Shown here one piece after another: positions 1 to 8,951 of a DNA stretch of 64,000 bases. Source of the stretch: Terriglobia bacterium (lineage in GTDB: Bacteria > Acidobacteriota > Terriglobia > 20CM-2-55-15). Below the pieces are notes generated by a model, which worked only from the letters and a program-made list of their open reading frames with translations, was not told the origin of the DNA and made no database searches. Position numbers and translations under genes: made by a program. Each line of letters begins with the position of its first letter. The stretch's first letter is position 1. The DNA is taken from the NCBI GenBank assembly GCA_965198225.1, contig CBDAOY010000007.1, positions 800,001 through 864,000 on the forward strand. The letters are read 5' to 3'.

Positions 1-1
1 C

Positions 2-1591
2 ACATTTGATGAGCCCGCTGAGGAGTTGGAAGGACGCTGGTCCCCCGATGGGAGAAAGATCGTCTACGTGTCCGATGCGCTGCAGTTGCGGGTGGTCCCC
101 CGGGGCGGGGGATACGGAGTTCCGCTGCCGATCGAGGGCTTTCGACACAAGAGGTCGACCGGGACACTGTCGGTCGAGCTGAATGGCCCCGCCCGCGTAT
201 CGATCGTGGCGTCCGACGACCGTGCCTATTCACCCGCGGGGACCTACCATCACGTGTCGAACGCCACCGACACCCACTATTTCTACGCTGCTGGATCTTT
301 TGAAATCGAGCTTCCGACTGGCGTGGCGAGCATCCGCCTCAGCAGGGGCTTCGAGTACGGACCTCGGGAACTCGAAGTGACGGTTCCCGGCAGTATCGAG
401 GTGAACCTGTCCAGGCTATATGAACTCGGCAACTGGTATTCGGGCGACACCCACGTCCACGATCGACATTCGGGTATCTACAGGATCCTTCCCGCGGACA
501 TGGCGCTCTCGGCCGCGGCCGAGGACATGAACGTGTCGAACTTGCTGATCCATGTCGACGGGACCAGGCTGCAGGGTGACATGGCGAACTTCACCGGCGA
601 GGACGATCCGCGTTCGACTGACGATTACATCCTGCACTATAGCCAGGAATACCGGACGACGCTCGGACACATCGCCATGCTGGGGTTGAATGAGTTCGTT
701 TTCCCGTTTTTCAGCGGCGTGCGTGGCACGGTCCTCCGCCTCCCCGACCCGCCCCTGTTCGAGATGGCCCAGGCCGCCCGGGCCCGCGGCGCGACGGTCG
801 GGATTCCTCATCCTTATTATCCTCAGATGGCTGCCGGATCCCTGGACGGTGTACGCCGTGGCCGGGGGGCTACCGAGATCCCAGTTGATGTCGCTCTGGG
901 TCTGATGGACTACTACGACATCAACTGTATCTGGGCAGACGAAGAAGACTCGGCCGCGATTTACTACAGACTTCTCAACAGCGGCTTCCGTCTGCCGGTT
1001 GCCGGTGGTACGGATTCGTTCTCCGACGTGCCACGGGATCCCCCTCTGGGCGCGGCCCGGTCCTACGTGCGGGTCGAAGACGAGTTCACGTTCCAGAACT
1101 GGTTGCGTGCGCTCCGGGAAGGGAAGAGCTTCGCCACCAATGGGCCCCTGCTGACCTTGTCGGTCGACGGCCGCGATATCGGAGAGGAATTGGTGTTGGA
1201 TTCCCCCCAGTCAGTGAGGGTGGAAGCGCGCCTGATGTCAACTGTCCCGGTCGATCGGTTCGAGATCATCGTCAATGGTCGCGTCGTCGAATCCACCGAC
1301 GACGATGAGATCGCACTCAACCTGCCGCTGGATCGGTCTTCGTGGGTGGCCGCACGCGCTGTCGGTCCTGCCAATCCTCTGGTAGGCGACGAGTACGCCT
1401 TCGCGCACACAAGCCCCGTTTACGTCCAGATCTCTGGAGAACCGATCGTGGAAGCGGCCGACAAGGAGTTCTTCGCGCGCTACGTCGAAGAGTTGAAGTT
1501 GTACGTCGAATCGTTGCCTTGGGATGATCCTGCCGTACTAGAGAGTTACAGAAACGCCTACGATCGCGCCATTGCAGCTTTCCGCAATTGA
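2..1591 (+). CDS. CehA/McbA-type (PHP-like) metallohydrolase with N-terminal PD40/TolB-like repeat; 5' truncated by window edge
   Basis: Frame is open from the window start. Motifs RWSPDG (PD40), WYSGDTHVH, SQEY..LGH, HP, GGTDS, FATNGP and AHTSPVY. Confidence 0.75.
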   Translation, partial: TFDEPAEELEGRWSPDGRKIVYVSDALQLRVVPRGGGYGVPLPIEGFRHKRSTGTLSVELNGPARVSIVASDDRAYSPAGTYHHVSNATDTHYFYAAGSFEIELPTGVASIRLSRGFEYGPRELEVTVPGSIEVNLSRLYELGNWYSGDTHVHDRHSGIYRILPADMALSAAAEDMNVSNLLIHVDGTRLQGDMANFTGEDDPRSTDDYILHYSQEYRTTLGHIAMLGLNEFVFPFFSGVRGTVLRLPDPPLFEMAQAARARGATVGIPHPYYPQMAAGSLDGVRRGRGATEIPVDVALGLMDYYDINCIWADEEDSAAIYYRLLNSGFRLPVAGGTDSFSDVPRDPPLGAARSYVRVEDEFTFQNWLRALREGKSFATNGPLLTLSVDGRDIGEELVLDSPQSVRVEARLMSTVPVDRFEIIVNGRVVESTDDDEIALNLPLDRSSWVAARAVGPANPLVGDEYAFAHTSPVYVQISGEPIVEAADKEFFARYVEELKLYVESLPWDDPAVLESYRNAYDRAIAAFRN

Positions 1592-1597
1592 GGTCTC

Positions 1598-2623
1598 ATG
1601 AAGCCTCGCAGCCTCGCATACTTGGTTTCGATCCTCGCCTTCCTGCCCATCCTGTCGGAGAGCGCTGGATGGCAGCTCGGCGTCGTCAACCCGCTGCCTC
1701 CTGCTTCGAGTGACTGGACCTACAAGTTGGATACCGGCCCGCACGAAGTGGCGATGATGCCGCGCATCCGGCTTTACGATCCTGTCCGGGATCGAACGAT
1801 TCCCGTCAGTCTTGTTCACCCGAAGGAACGGGGCCCGTTCCCCCTCATCATCTATTCGCACGGATCGGGCGCCACGGGCCAGTACGACTACCCGATCGCC
1901 CGCTTCTGGGCGAGCCACGGCTACGTCGTGTTGCAACCGACCCATGCCGACACCCGGTCGCTGGCCATTCCGGAGGAAGAACTTTCTCAACTGAGCGGCC
2001 CGGACCTGTGGATCAGTCGTTCCAGAGACGTGGTCTTCGTCCTGGATTCTCTGGAAGCGCTGGAAGACTTTCCTGGGTTGGCCGGGAAACTGGACCACGA
2101 GGCCGTCGGGATGAGCGGCCACTCTCTGGGTGCGTACACGGCGCAGATGGTCGGGGGCGTGAGGCTACAACTCTCCGACGGGGGAGAGCTCCAGAGTTTC
2201 GGCGATCCTCGACCGCTGGCGTTTCTCCTGCTTTCGGGCCAGGGACGCGGTGACCAGGGCCTGGTCGATGGATCCTGGGATGAGTTCCGGCGCCCGATGA
2301 TGGCGATGACCGGATCGCGGGACCCCGGGCCGCGAGGCAGGCGCCCGGAATGGCGTGCGGAACCCTTCGAGCTCAGCCCGGCAGGCGACAAGTTCCAGGC
2401 CTTCATCGATGGAGCCACCCACTACTCCTACCCGGGTCTCTACGACGAGGGTCGCACCGATCCTCGTATTCAGGCCGAACTGCTGATCTTCGATTACGTC
2501 AGGACGGCCACGATCGCGTTCTGGGATGCGTACCTGAAGGACGATTCAGCCGCCAGGGCGTTCCTGGCCTCCGGCCTGCTCGCCGAAAACAGCGAAAGGC
2601 GTGTCAGGCTGTCGGCAAGGTAG
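1598..2623 (+). CDS. Exported alpha/beta hydrolase (PAF-acetylhydrolase/dienelactone hydrolase-like)
   Basis: Signal peptide; PLIIYSHG, ASHGYVV, nucleophile elbow GHSLG, GATH. Confidence 0.8.
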   Translation: MKPRSLAYLVSILAFLPILSESAGWQLGVVNPLPPASSDWTYKLDTGPHEVAMMPRIRLYDPVRDRTIPVSLVHPKERGPFPLIIYSHGSGATGQYDYPIARFWASHGYVVLQPTHADTRSLAIPEEELSQLSGPDLWISRSRDVVFVLDSLEALEDFPGLAGKLDHEAVGMSGHSLGAYTAQMVGGVRLQLSDGGELQSFGDPRPLAFLLLSGQGRGDQGLVDGSWDEFRRPMMAMTGSRDPGPRGRRPEWRAEPFELSPAGDKFQAFIDGATHYSYPGLYDEGRTDPRIQAELLIFDYVRTATIAFWDAYLKDDSAARAFLASGLLAENSERRVRLSAR

Positions 2624-2630
2624 TTGTCGT

Positions 2631-2710
2631 CACCACAGGTGATCGGTGTCGGAGGGTGCACGAAGGCACCGAGGTCTTCTTGATCTTTCTTCCTCCGTGT
2701 CTCCGTGGTT
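2631..2710. repeat. Degenerate intergenic repeat or hairpin with CTCCGTGTCTCCGTGGT arm
   Basis: Tandem CTCCGTG(T/G) units at ~2693-2709 with a loosely complementary left arm. Confidence 0.3.
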
Positions 2711-2923
2711 ATGCCTTCATCTCTGCGGACCCGCCATTCTTAGTTTCGCGGTGACCGCCCTCCGCCCGTGCTATTCTCAGAACGTTTCAATCCCTTCGAA
2801 CGTATTGAATTTATGGGGACCCTGGACTCTGCCACGGCGTCCCCGGTGAGGTTCCTCACAAAACAACCGGCGGGGGCCGCGAGTAATCGCGCGGATTTCG
2901 CCACAGCCAAGAAGGTTAAACCC

Positions 2924-3940
2924 ATGAAATTCAGAGTCTTTGATTCGGACGTCGACACGTCCGACTTTCGCCCACCCGACATACCGGGGAAGGCGATCAT
3001 GACCGGTGTCGTGTTGATACTCGGTCTGGTCGTGCTTTGGGGCACGGTCTACCAGATCGAGCCCGAGGAAGCCGGGGTGGTGCTCCGTCTCGGGGCATAC
3101 AATCGCACCACCGATCCCGGCCTCCATTTCAAGGTGCCGTTCCTTGAACAGGTGCAGAAAGTTCCGATCCGACGGCAGCTGAAACAGGAGTTTGGATTCC
3201 GGACCGCTGTCGCCGGAGTTCGGACACAGTACAACGAAGCCGCGTTCCTGGACGAGTCGCTCATGCTGACCGGTGACCTGAACGTTGCCGTGGTCGAATG
3301 GATCGTCCAATACAAGGTGGCCGATCCGTACCTCTATCTATTCAAGGTGCGGAACGTTGAAGACACCTTTGCCGACATGAACGAGGCGGTCATGCGGGGC
3401 GTCGTCGGAGACCGCACGGTCACCGAAGTACTGACCGTCGGCCGGCAGGGCATCGAAGTCACCGCGCAGGAGGCGCTTCAGGAACTGTGCCGGCAATACG
3501 AGACCGGGATCCAAATCGAACAGGTCGTGTTGCAGGACGTGAATCCGCCCGATCCCGTGAAACCGTCGTGGGACGAGGTCAACCAGGCCCAGCAGCAACG
3601 GGACCGGCTGATCAACGAAGCGCAGGCGGACTACAACAGCGTGATTCCACGGGCGAGCGGTGAAGCCCAGCAGACGATACTGCAGGCGGAAGGCTATGCT
3701 CTCGATCGCGTCAATCGTTCCGAGGGTGACGCCGCGCGCTTCAAGGCGGTGTACGAAGAATATCGTCGTGCGCCCGATGTGACCCGGCGGCGAATGTACC
3801 TGGAGACGATGGGAACGATGATGGCCCGCGTGCCCGGGAAAGTCATCCTGGATGAGAACGCTCGGGGCATTCTCCCATTGCTTCCCCTGGACGGTCTTCG
3901 AAGAACTGCCGGCCCGGCCGTGGGCGCAGGAGGTAACTGA
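2924..3940 (+). CDS. hflK: FtsH protease modulator HflK (SPFH)
   Basis: TM anchor, SPFH motifs (GVVLRLG, PGLHFKVPF, MLTGDLN), C-terminal APDVTRRRMYLETM. Start moved to ATG 2924 after AAGG; stop overlaps the hflC start. Confidence 0.92.
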   Translation: MKFRVFDSDVDTSDFRPPDIPGKAIMTGVVLILGLVVLWGTVYQIEPEEAGVVLRLGAYNRTTDPGLHFKVPFLEQVQKVPIRRQLKQEFGFRTAVAGVRTQYNEAAFLDESLMLTGDLNVAVVEWIVQYKVADPYLYLFKVRNVEDTFADMNEAVMRGVVGDRTVTEVLTVGRQGIEVTAQEALQELCRQYETGIQIEQVVLQDVNPPDPVKPSWDEVNQAQQQRDRLINEAQADYNSVIPRASGEAQQTILQAEGYALDRVNRSEGDAARFKAVYEEYRRAPDVTRRRMYLETMGTMMARVPGKVILDENARGILPLLPLDGLRRTAGPAVGAGGN

Positions 3941-4872
3941 TGAACGCCAAAATGCTGCTCATACTTGCTGTGATAATTGTTGGGTTCATTGTCGTCGCGA
4001 ACGGGCTCTACATCGTCAGCGAGACCCAGCAGGTGATCCTGACCAGGTTCGGGGATCCCATCGGTGACGCCGTGACGGAGGCTGGACTTCACTTCAAGAT
4101 GCCTTTCATCAACAAGGCTAACTTTTTCGACAAGCGGTTTCTCGAGTGGGACGGGGATAGAAACCAGGTTCCGACACGCGACAAGCGCTTCATCTATGTG
4201 GATACCTATGCCCGTTGGAGGATCAGCAATCCTCTTACTTACCTGGAGAGCCTCGAGGGAGACGAATTCACCGCGCAGTCCCGGTTGGACGACATCCTGG
4301 ACGGTGAAACCCGGAACGCCGTCGCCAGGCACGACCTGGTCGAAGTGGTTCGGACCAGCAACCGTGAGCCGGAGGTTACGCCCGGGGACGAAGAAGAGAC
4401 TGGAATCCTGGATGAGATTAGGGTCGGCCGTCTCGATATCACGGCCGAGGTCCAGGAGACAGCCGGGCCAAGACTCGCCGAACTCGGAATCGAGCTGATG
4501 GACTTTCGTTTCAAGCGGATCAACTACGTCGAAGAGGTGCAGCGTGACGTGTTCGCCCGGATGATCGCCGAGAGGCAGCGCATTGCCGAGCGGTATCGGT
4601 CCGAAGGCCAGGGAGAGGCCGCTCGAATTGGGGGCGAGAAGGAGCGGGAGCTACAGCGAATCCAGTCGGAGGCTTACCGCCAGGCTCAGGAGAACCGGGG
4701 TATCGCGGATGCTGAAGCCACCCGGATCTACGCCGAGGCCTACAACCGGGACGCCGCCTTCTACGCCTTCATGAAAAGCATGGAGACAATCGAGAAATCG
4801 ATCGATCCAAACACGATGCTGATCATGTCAACGGAGGGCGAGCTGTTTCGCTACCTGGACCAGCCCCGCTGA
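3940..4872 (+). CDS. hflC: FtsH protease modulator HflC
   Basis: GLHFKMPF, VDTYARWRI, RMIAERQRIA..YRSEG, FYAFMKSME; coupled to hflK (TGATG). Confidence 0.92.
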   Translation: MNAKMLLILAVIIVGFIVVANGLYIVSETQQVILTRFGDPIGDAVTEAGLHFKMPFINKANFFDKRFLEWDGDRNQVPTRDKRFIYVDTYARWRISNPLTYLESLEGDEFTAQSRLDDILDGETRNAVARHDLVEVVRTSNREPEVTPGDEEETGILDEIRVGRLDITAEVQETAGPRLAELGIELMDFRFKRINYVEEVQRDVFARMIAERQRIAERYRSEGQGEAARIGGEKERELQRIQSEAYRQAQENRGIADAEATRIYAEAYNRDAAFYAFMKSMETIEKSIDPNTMLIMSTEGELFRYLDQPR

Positions 4873-4896
4873 GTTAGGAGGTGAAGGAACGATCGG

Positions 4897-5079
4897 TTAG
4901 AAGTCGCCAACTCCCCACAGGATGAGGGAGGTTCCGACGATGTAGTTACCGTTGTAGACGAGCCCGATTCCGACCCCGGCGACGACGTAGACCGAAAGGA
5001 ATCGCTTCCAATTGAATCGGCGGGACTCTGCGGCGGCGACGTGTTTTGCGACGGTGAAGCGATCAACTACTCGACTCAT
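4897..5079 (-). CDS. Small hypothetical membrane protein (60 aa)
   Basis: ATG with purine-rich upstream AGGGG and a hydrophobic C-terminal half; no homology recognised. Confidence 0.4.
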   Translation of the reverse strand: MSRVVDRFTVAKHVAAAESRRFNWKRFLSVYVVAGVGIGLVYNGNYIVGTSLILWGVGDF

Positions 5080-5313
5080 GTTCGTGCCCCTGTTTTGTGT
5101 ACCTACTTGTTTAGTCGGTAAAAGGGGGCGGTGGGTTTAACCTGGGACTAAAAAAAACGAAACGGCTGGCGGCTGGAAGCTGGGAAACCGCATCGGCAGG
5201 TGAGGCAGAGGACCTGAATCGGACCGAGCGCCATCCGCCTTCGCCGCCAGCCGCAACAGAGTGGGAAGTGACAAGTGACGAGTGACAAGTGATAAGTAAG
5301 AAAGATCTCAAGA

Positions 5314-5333
5314 CTGTCAGTGCGAGTTGACAG
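5314..5333. promoter_or_regulatory. Palindromic operator-like site CTGTCA-N8-TGACAG overlapping a TTGACA -35 box
   Basis: Perfect 6-bp inverted repeat about 50 bp upstream of the comD-like start. Confidence 0.4.
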
Positions 5334-5383
5334 GCAAACACCCAGGACTGCAGTTTAATAACTGACTACTTCTTCCAACAACC

Positions 5384-5909
5384 ATGCCCGTTTCCGAGCA
5401 GAATTCCAGGCTGGTCTATGAGGCGCTGAAGAGTGCCGGCGTAGAGTTGATGTCGGCTCTGCCCGAAACCTGGCTCGTGCACATCATGGGCATGGCCGAC
5501 GACGACCCCGACACCACCCTGGTGCGTCTGACTCGCGAAGAGGAGGCGGTTGGCATTTCGGCCGGAGCCCATCTGGCCGGGGTTCGATCGGCGCTCCTCA
5601 TGCAGAATCACGGCTTTCTGGCCTCAGTCAACCCGATTGTGTCGCTCGCTCTGCTCTACAGGATTCCGCTGCTGATGCTGATTCCGCTCTGAGCTATCGC
5701 GCGGTCACATGGGCGAGGAACATCCGTGGCAGACCATGGGTGGACGGATGACCGAACCCATCCTTTCCGCCCTGGACATCCCATATGAGCTCCTCCGAGA
5801 TCCGGCCGACGTCGGCCGGCAGATTTCCGCCGCCCAGGTGCTGGCCGAATCCTCTCTGACGCCGGTGGCCCTGCTGCTCGAACGCCAGTTGATGTGGGAG
5901 GAATCGTGA
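5384..5909 (+). pseudogene. comD: Sulfopyruvate/phosphonopyruvate decarboxylase alpha subunit (ComD-like), frame broken near 5680-5705
   Basis: LTREEEAVGISAGA, LLMQNHG, and a continuation (SYR)GHMGEEHPWQ in other frames; ATTCCGCT is locally duplicated. Confidence 0.75.
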
Positions 5910-6472
5910 AGCGGGCCGAAGCGTTGGCTGCCCTTTACCCCGACATCCAGGACGATGCCGTCGTCACGATCATGGGCGCGGTGGCAGTTGAGCTGTATTC
6001 ATTGGGCCATCGGCCGAACTTCTTTTATTTGCAGCACGCCATGGGTCTGGCTTCGTCGATTGGTCTGGGCCTGGCTCTTTCGAAACCGAATCGGCATGTA
6101 ACGGTGTTCGACGGTGACGGCTCCGTCCTGATGAACCTTGGAACCTTCAGCACACTCGCGTGGTACGCGCCGAAGAACCTGACGCACGTGGTCTTCGACA
6201 ACGAAAGCCTGCTCTCGGTGGGGGGATTCCGGACGGCGACTTCGGCCGGTTCGGATCTCGCCGGTATCGCCGAACGTTCGGGAATCGAGAACGCGACGAT
6301 GGTCCGGACGGTAGGTGAGCTGAAGGCGGCATGGACGGAGGCGCGGGCAGCAGGCAAGCTTGCCACGATCGTGGCGAAGGTCGAAGCTGTCGGTCCACCT
6401 TCGTTCAAAATGGATATCACGACGCTGGAGAATCGATTCGAGTTCCAGCGCTGGCTTCGGGAGGTCGATTGA
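5906..6472 (+). CDS. comE: ThDP-binding decarboxylase beta subunit (ComE-like)
   Basis: AMGLASSIGLGLA, DGDGSVLMNLG...DN ThDP motif; GTG start overlaps the upstream stop. Confidence 0.8.
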   Translation: MKRAEALAALYPDIQDDAVVTIMGAVAVELYSLGHRPNFFYLQHAMGLASSIGLGLALSKPNRHVTVFDGDGSVLMNLGTFSTLAWYAPKNLTHVVFDNESLLSVGGFRTATSAGSDLAGIAERSGIENATMVRTVGELKAAWTEARAAGKLATIVAKVEAVGPPSFKMDITTLENRFEFQRWLREVD

Positions 6473-6474
6473 CG

Positions 6475-7257
6475 ATGTCGATTCTGGCGAAGTTTGTCGA
6501 AGCTCTGCAGGCCGGCGAGATCGAGGTCGTCGACTTGACCTCGGATCTCAGCGCCGACTCTCCGTTGTTACCTCTGCCACCCGAATGGCCGAACACACCG
6601 GCCTTCGAACTGCACGAGATCTCCCGCTACGACGAGCGCGGTCCGGCCTGGTACTGGAACTGGTTCAGGACCGGCGAACACACGGGAACTCATTTCGATG
6701 CCCCAATACACTGGGTCAGTGGAAAGGATCTCGATGCCAACAGCGTGGATCGGATTCCCGCTCGGTTGTTCGTGGGGCAGGCATGCGTCCTGGACGCCGC
6801 CGTCCAATCCCGCGAGAACCCCGATTTCCTCGTCGACGTGGACTTCATCGAGGACTGGGAAGAGCGTCACGGTAAGATTCCTGGGCGCAGTTGGGTCCTG
6901 CTGCGAACCGACTGGTCGCAAAGGACGAGCGCGGAGGAGTTCCTCAACATCGACGAGAGAGGGCCGCACACTCCCGGCTGGAAGATGGAGGCTTCGGTGT
7001 TCCTGGCTGAGGAAAGGGATGTGCTTGGCGTCGGAGTGGAAACGATCGGTACCGACGCCGGTCAGGCCGCCGGATTCGACCCGCCCTTCTGCAATCACTA
7101 CGTGATGCACGGACACGGGAAGTTCGGACTGACGAATCTGGTGAACCTCGACCGCCTGCCACCGACGGGCTCGGTCGTGATCGCCGCGCCCCTGAAGATC
7201 GTGGGAGGCTCGGGCAGCCCGTTACGGGTTATCGCCCTCGCGCCGAAAGGGGTGTAG
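6475..7257 (+). CDS. Cyclase family protein (kynurenine formamidase/isatin hydrolase-like)
   Basis: EHTGTHFDAP, LLRTDW, NLVNLDRLP, GGSGSPLRV. Confidence 0.88.
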   Translation: MSILAKFVEALQAGEIEVVDLTSDLSADSPLLPLPPEWPNTPAFELHEISRYDERGPAWYWNWFRTGEHTGTHFDAPIHWVSGKDLDANSVDRIPARLFVGQACVLDAAVQSRENPDFLVDVDFIEDWEERHGKIPGRSWVLLRTDWSQRTSAEEFLNIDERGPHTPGWKMEASVFLAEERDVLGVGVETIGTDAGQAAGFDPPFCNHYVMHGHGKFGLTNLVNLDRLPPTGSVVIAAPLKIVGGSGSPLRVIALAPKGV

Positions 7258-7294
7258 CTGCGTTCCTGGAGCAGCGATACTTCCAGATCGAGTT

Positions 7295-7437
7295 TAGGTG
7301 CGCTCTATGAGCGCACGTCGTTTCGGCTCAAAGGATGTGTTTGGGACAGCGAAACTGCAAGATCGGGTGTAGGTGCGCTCTATGAGCGCACAGCGTTTCG
7401 GTTCGAAGAATGTGCGGTCATAGACCGCACCTACACC
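7295..7437. repeat. GTAG-type REP singlet (7295-7316) plus REPIN doublet (7366-7437)
   Basis: GTGTAG-GTGCGCTC-TAT-GAGCGCAC ... GTGCGGTC-ATA-GACCGCAC-CTACAC; recurs four more times in the window. Confidence 0.85.
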
Positions 7438-7449
7438 AAAGGTGCCGAC

Positions 7450-8112
7450 CTATTGCGGCTCGATCGTTGCCGCGTTGACGTAATCGAGTCGGGGAAAGTC
7501 CGCGTTCAGGTACGTATTGCCCTCCGCCTGAATGCGACCCTGAGACGGGCCCCGGCCGCTAGGAGCGCCTTCGCCGTAGTCGCTGTAAATCCGATCGACG
7601 ACTCGCATTCCGTCCACGACCCGCCCGAACGGCGCAAATCCTTGCCGGTCCAGGGACGAGTTGTTCCCGAAATTGATGAAGACCTGTGTCGTCCGTGTGT
7701 CGGGCGATCCTGCCATGGCGTAGGTGACATAGCCCCGCCGGTTGCTTTGGTCCACCCCATCGGGAGGTATCCGGGCTTCACGCCAGGCAGACGATACCGC
7801 CGGATCACCATGGATGCCGAACTGCACCATGAAGTTTTCGATCACGCGGAAGAAGCGAACATCGTCGTAGAAGCCGCTCTTGACGAGGTTGTAGAAACGG
7901 TCGGCGCCGTTTGGTGCCCAGTCCCGGTGCACCTCCACCGTAAACTCTCCGGCGCTCGTGTCGAACTTCACACGAAATTCGTCCGGTGCCGTTTCATTGA
8001 GGGCCGTCGGGTTCTTCAATGCGTCGTTGCCCCCCTGTCCCGAGCTGACGGAAGCAAAACCGAGCAGCATGGCGCCGGCCAGAAGAGTTAAGAGTATCGG
8101 GCTATCGGTCAT
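7450..8112 (-). CDS. Exported cyclophilin-type peptidyl-prolyl cis-trans isomerase
   Basis: Signal peptide; WAPNGADRFYNLV, FFRVIENFMVQFG, RTTQVFIN, FAPFGRV. Confidence 0.92.
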   Translation of the reverse strand: MTDSPILLTLLAGAMLLGFASVSSGQGGNDALKNPTALNETAPDEFRVKFDTSAGEFTVEVHRDWAPNGADRFYNLVKSGFYDDVRFFRVIENFMVQFGIHGDPAVSSAWREARIPPDGVDQSNRRGYVTYAMAGSPDTRTTQVFINFGNNSSLDRQGFAPFGRVVDGMRVVDRIYSDYGEGAPSGRGPSQGRIQAEGNTYLNADFPRLDYVNAATIEPQ

Positions 8113-8178
8113 TTGTGTTCCTCCGAGAGATTTTCTTACATCAATTCGATAGTCGGCTTCCGGTATGAGAGCAACATT

Positions 8179-8910
8179 CTATTCCTGAACCGCACTGATC
8201 TCATCCCTTGAAATTTTGATAACGCTTTTGGGGTTGAATGTCTGGCGGGTCTCGACCCGTAGCGCGACCTCGATTCTTCCGCCCTCGAGTACGAAGAACT
8301 GGAGCAGAAAACCCCCTCCCTCCATGGCCTCGAGTTGGTAGTCCTCCACGGGTACGTCCCCGATCCATTCCTCGAAGAGCGGCCCGAAGCCTGCGCTATC
8401 GAAGACATGTCCTGGCAGCGCCATGATCAGAGTCCCCGGCCTCTCGCCGATGACCCTCTGAATCTCCCGTCGGGCCTCGACCATGAAACGGATGAGGCGA
8501 CCGGCGTAGGTGAGGTCGTCGGCTTCGTCCCGTTCCGGTGCGGTGACGCCCACGGTCAGATGATGGATGAACGGGTTGCCGTAGTCCTGCGAAAGCATGT
8601 GCCGGCGGGCGGCATCGTCGACCGGGTGGACGACCGCAATGTAATCCGGCCAGCCAGCGTCACGCGCTGGGCCCTCCTCAGGCAGGCGGGCAGACACGTT
8701 GATGTAGTCGTGCCCGTCGACCGGCGACGGGTAACATCGGGAATCCCATCCCGAGATGTAGCCGCGTACCTTGATCGGTCCCGCGACCAGGTATGGCGGG
8801 TCGGTAAAGATCGCGGCGTGGTCGAGGTTGTGCTTGAGTTCGACGCCCGCTTTCACGATCATGGCGGCGACCCGGACGGCTTCGTCGAGCCTCTGAGACG
8901 CATTGGCCAT
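8179..8910 (-). CDS. Hypothetical protein with VOC/HPPD-like C-terminal motifs
   Basis: LDHAA ... YGNPFIHHLT ... GGFLLQFF ... RIEVALR...F; start taken at MANASQ. Confidence 0.55.
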   Translation of the reverse strand: MANASQRLDEAVRVAAMIVKAGVELKHNLDHAAIFTDPPYLVAGPIKVRGYISGWDSRCYPSPVDGHDYINVSARLPEEGPARDAGWPDYIAVVHPVDDAARRHMLSQDYGNPFIHHLTVGVTAPERDEADDLTYAGRLIRFMVEARREIQRVIGERPGTLIMALPGHVFDSAGFGPLFEEWIGDVPVEDYQLEAMEGGGFLLQFFVLEGGRIEVALRVETRQTFNPKSVIKISRDEISAVQE

Positions 8911-8951
8911 GTTGAGATCGCGGCCGAAGTCATCCGGGACTCGGAACCCGC

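Noticed and set aside
2768-2923. N-terminal extension of HflK from the ORF track, and similar extensions of other genes
   Set aside because: Better RBS-associated starts lie downstream and the extensions lack family similarity.
5688-5692. TGA in comD as selenocysteine or programmed readthrough
   Set aside because: The continuation is in a different frame and coincides with a local duplication.
7295-7437. Palindromic repeats as a CRISPR array
   Set aside because: Copies are inverted doublets dispersed across the window, with no regular repeat-spacer run and no cas genes.
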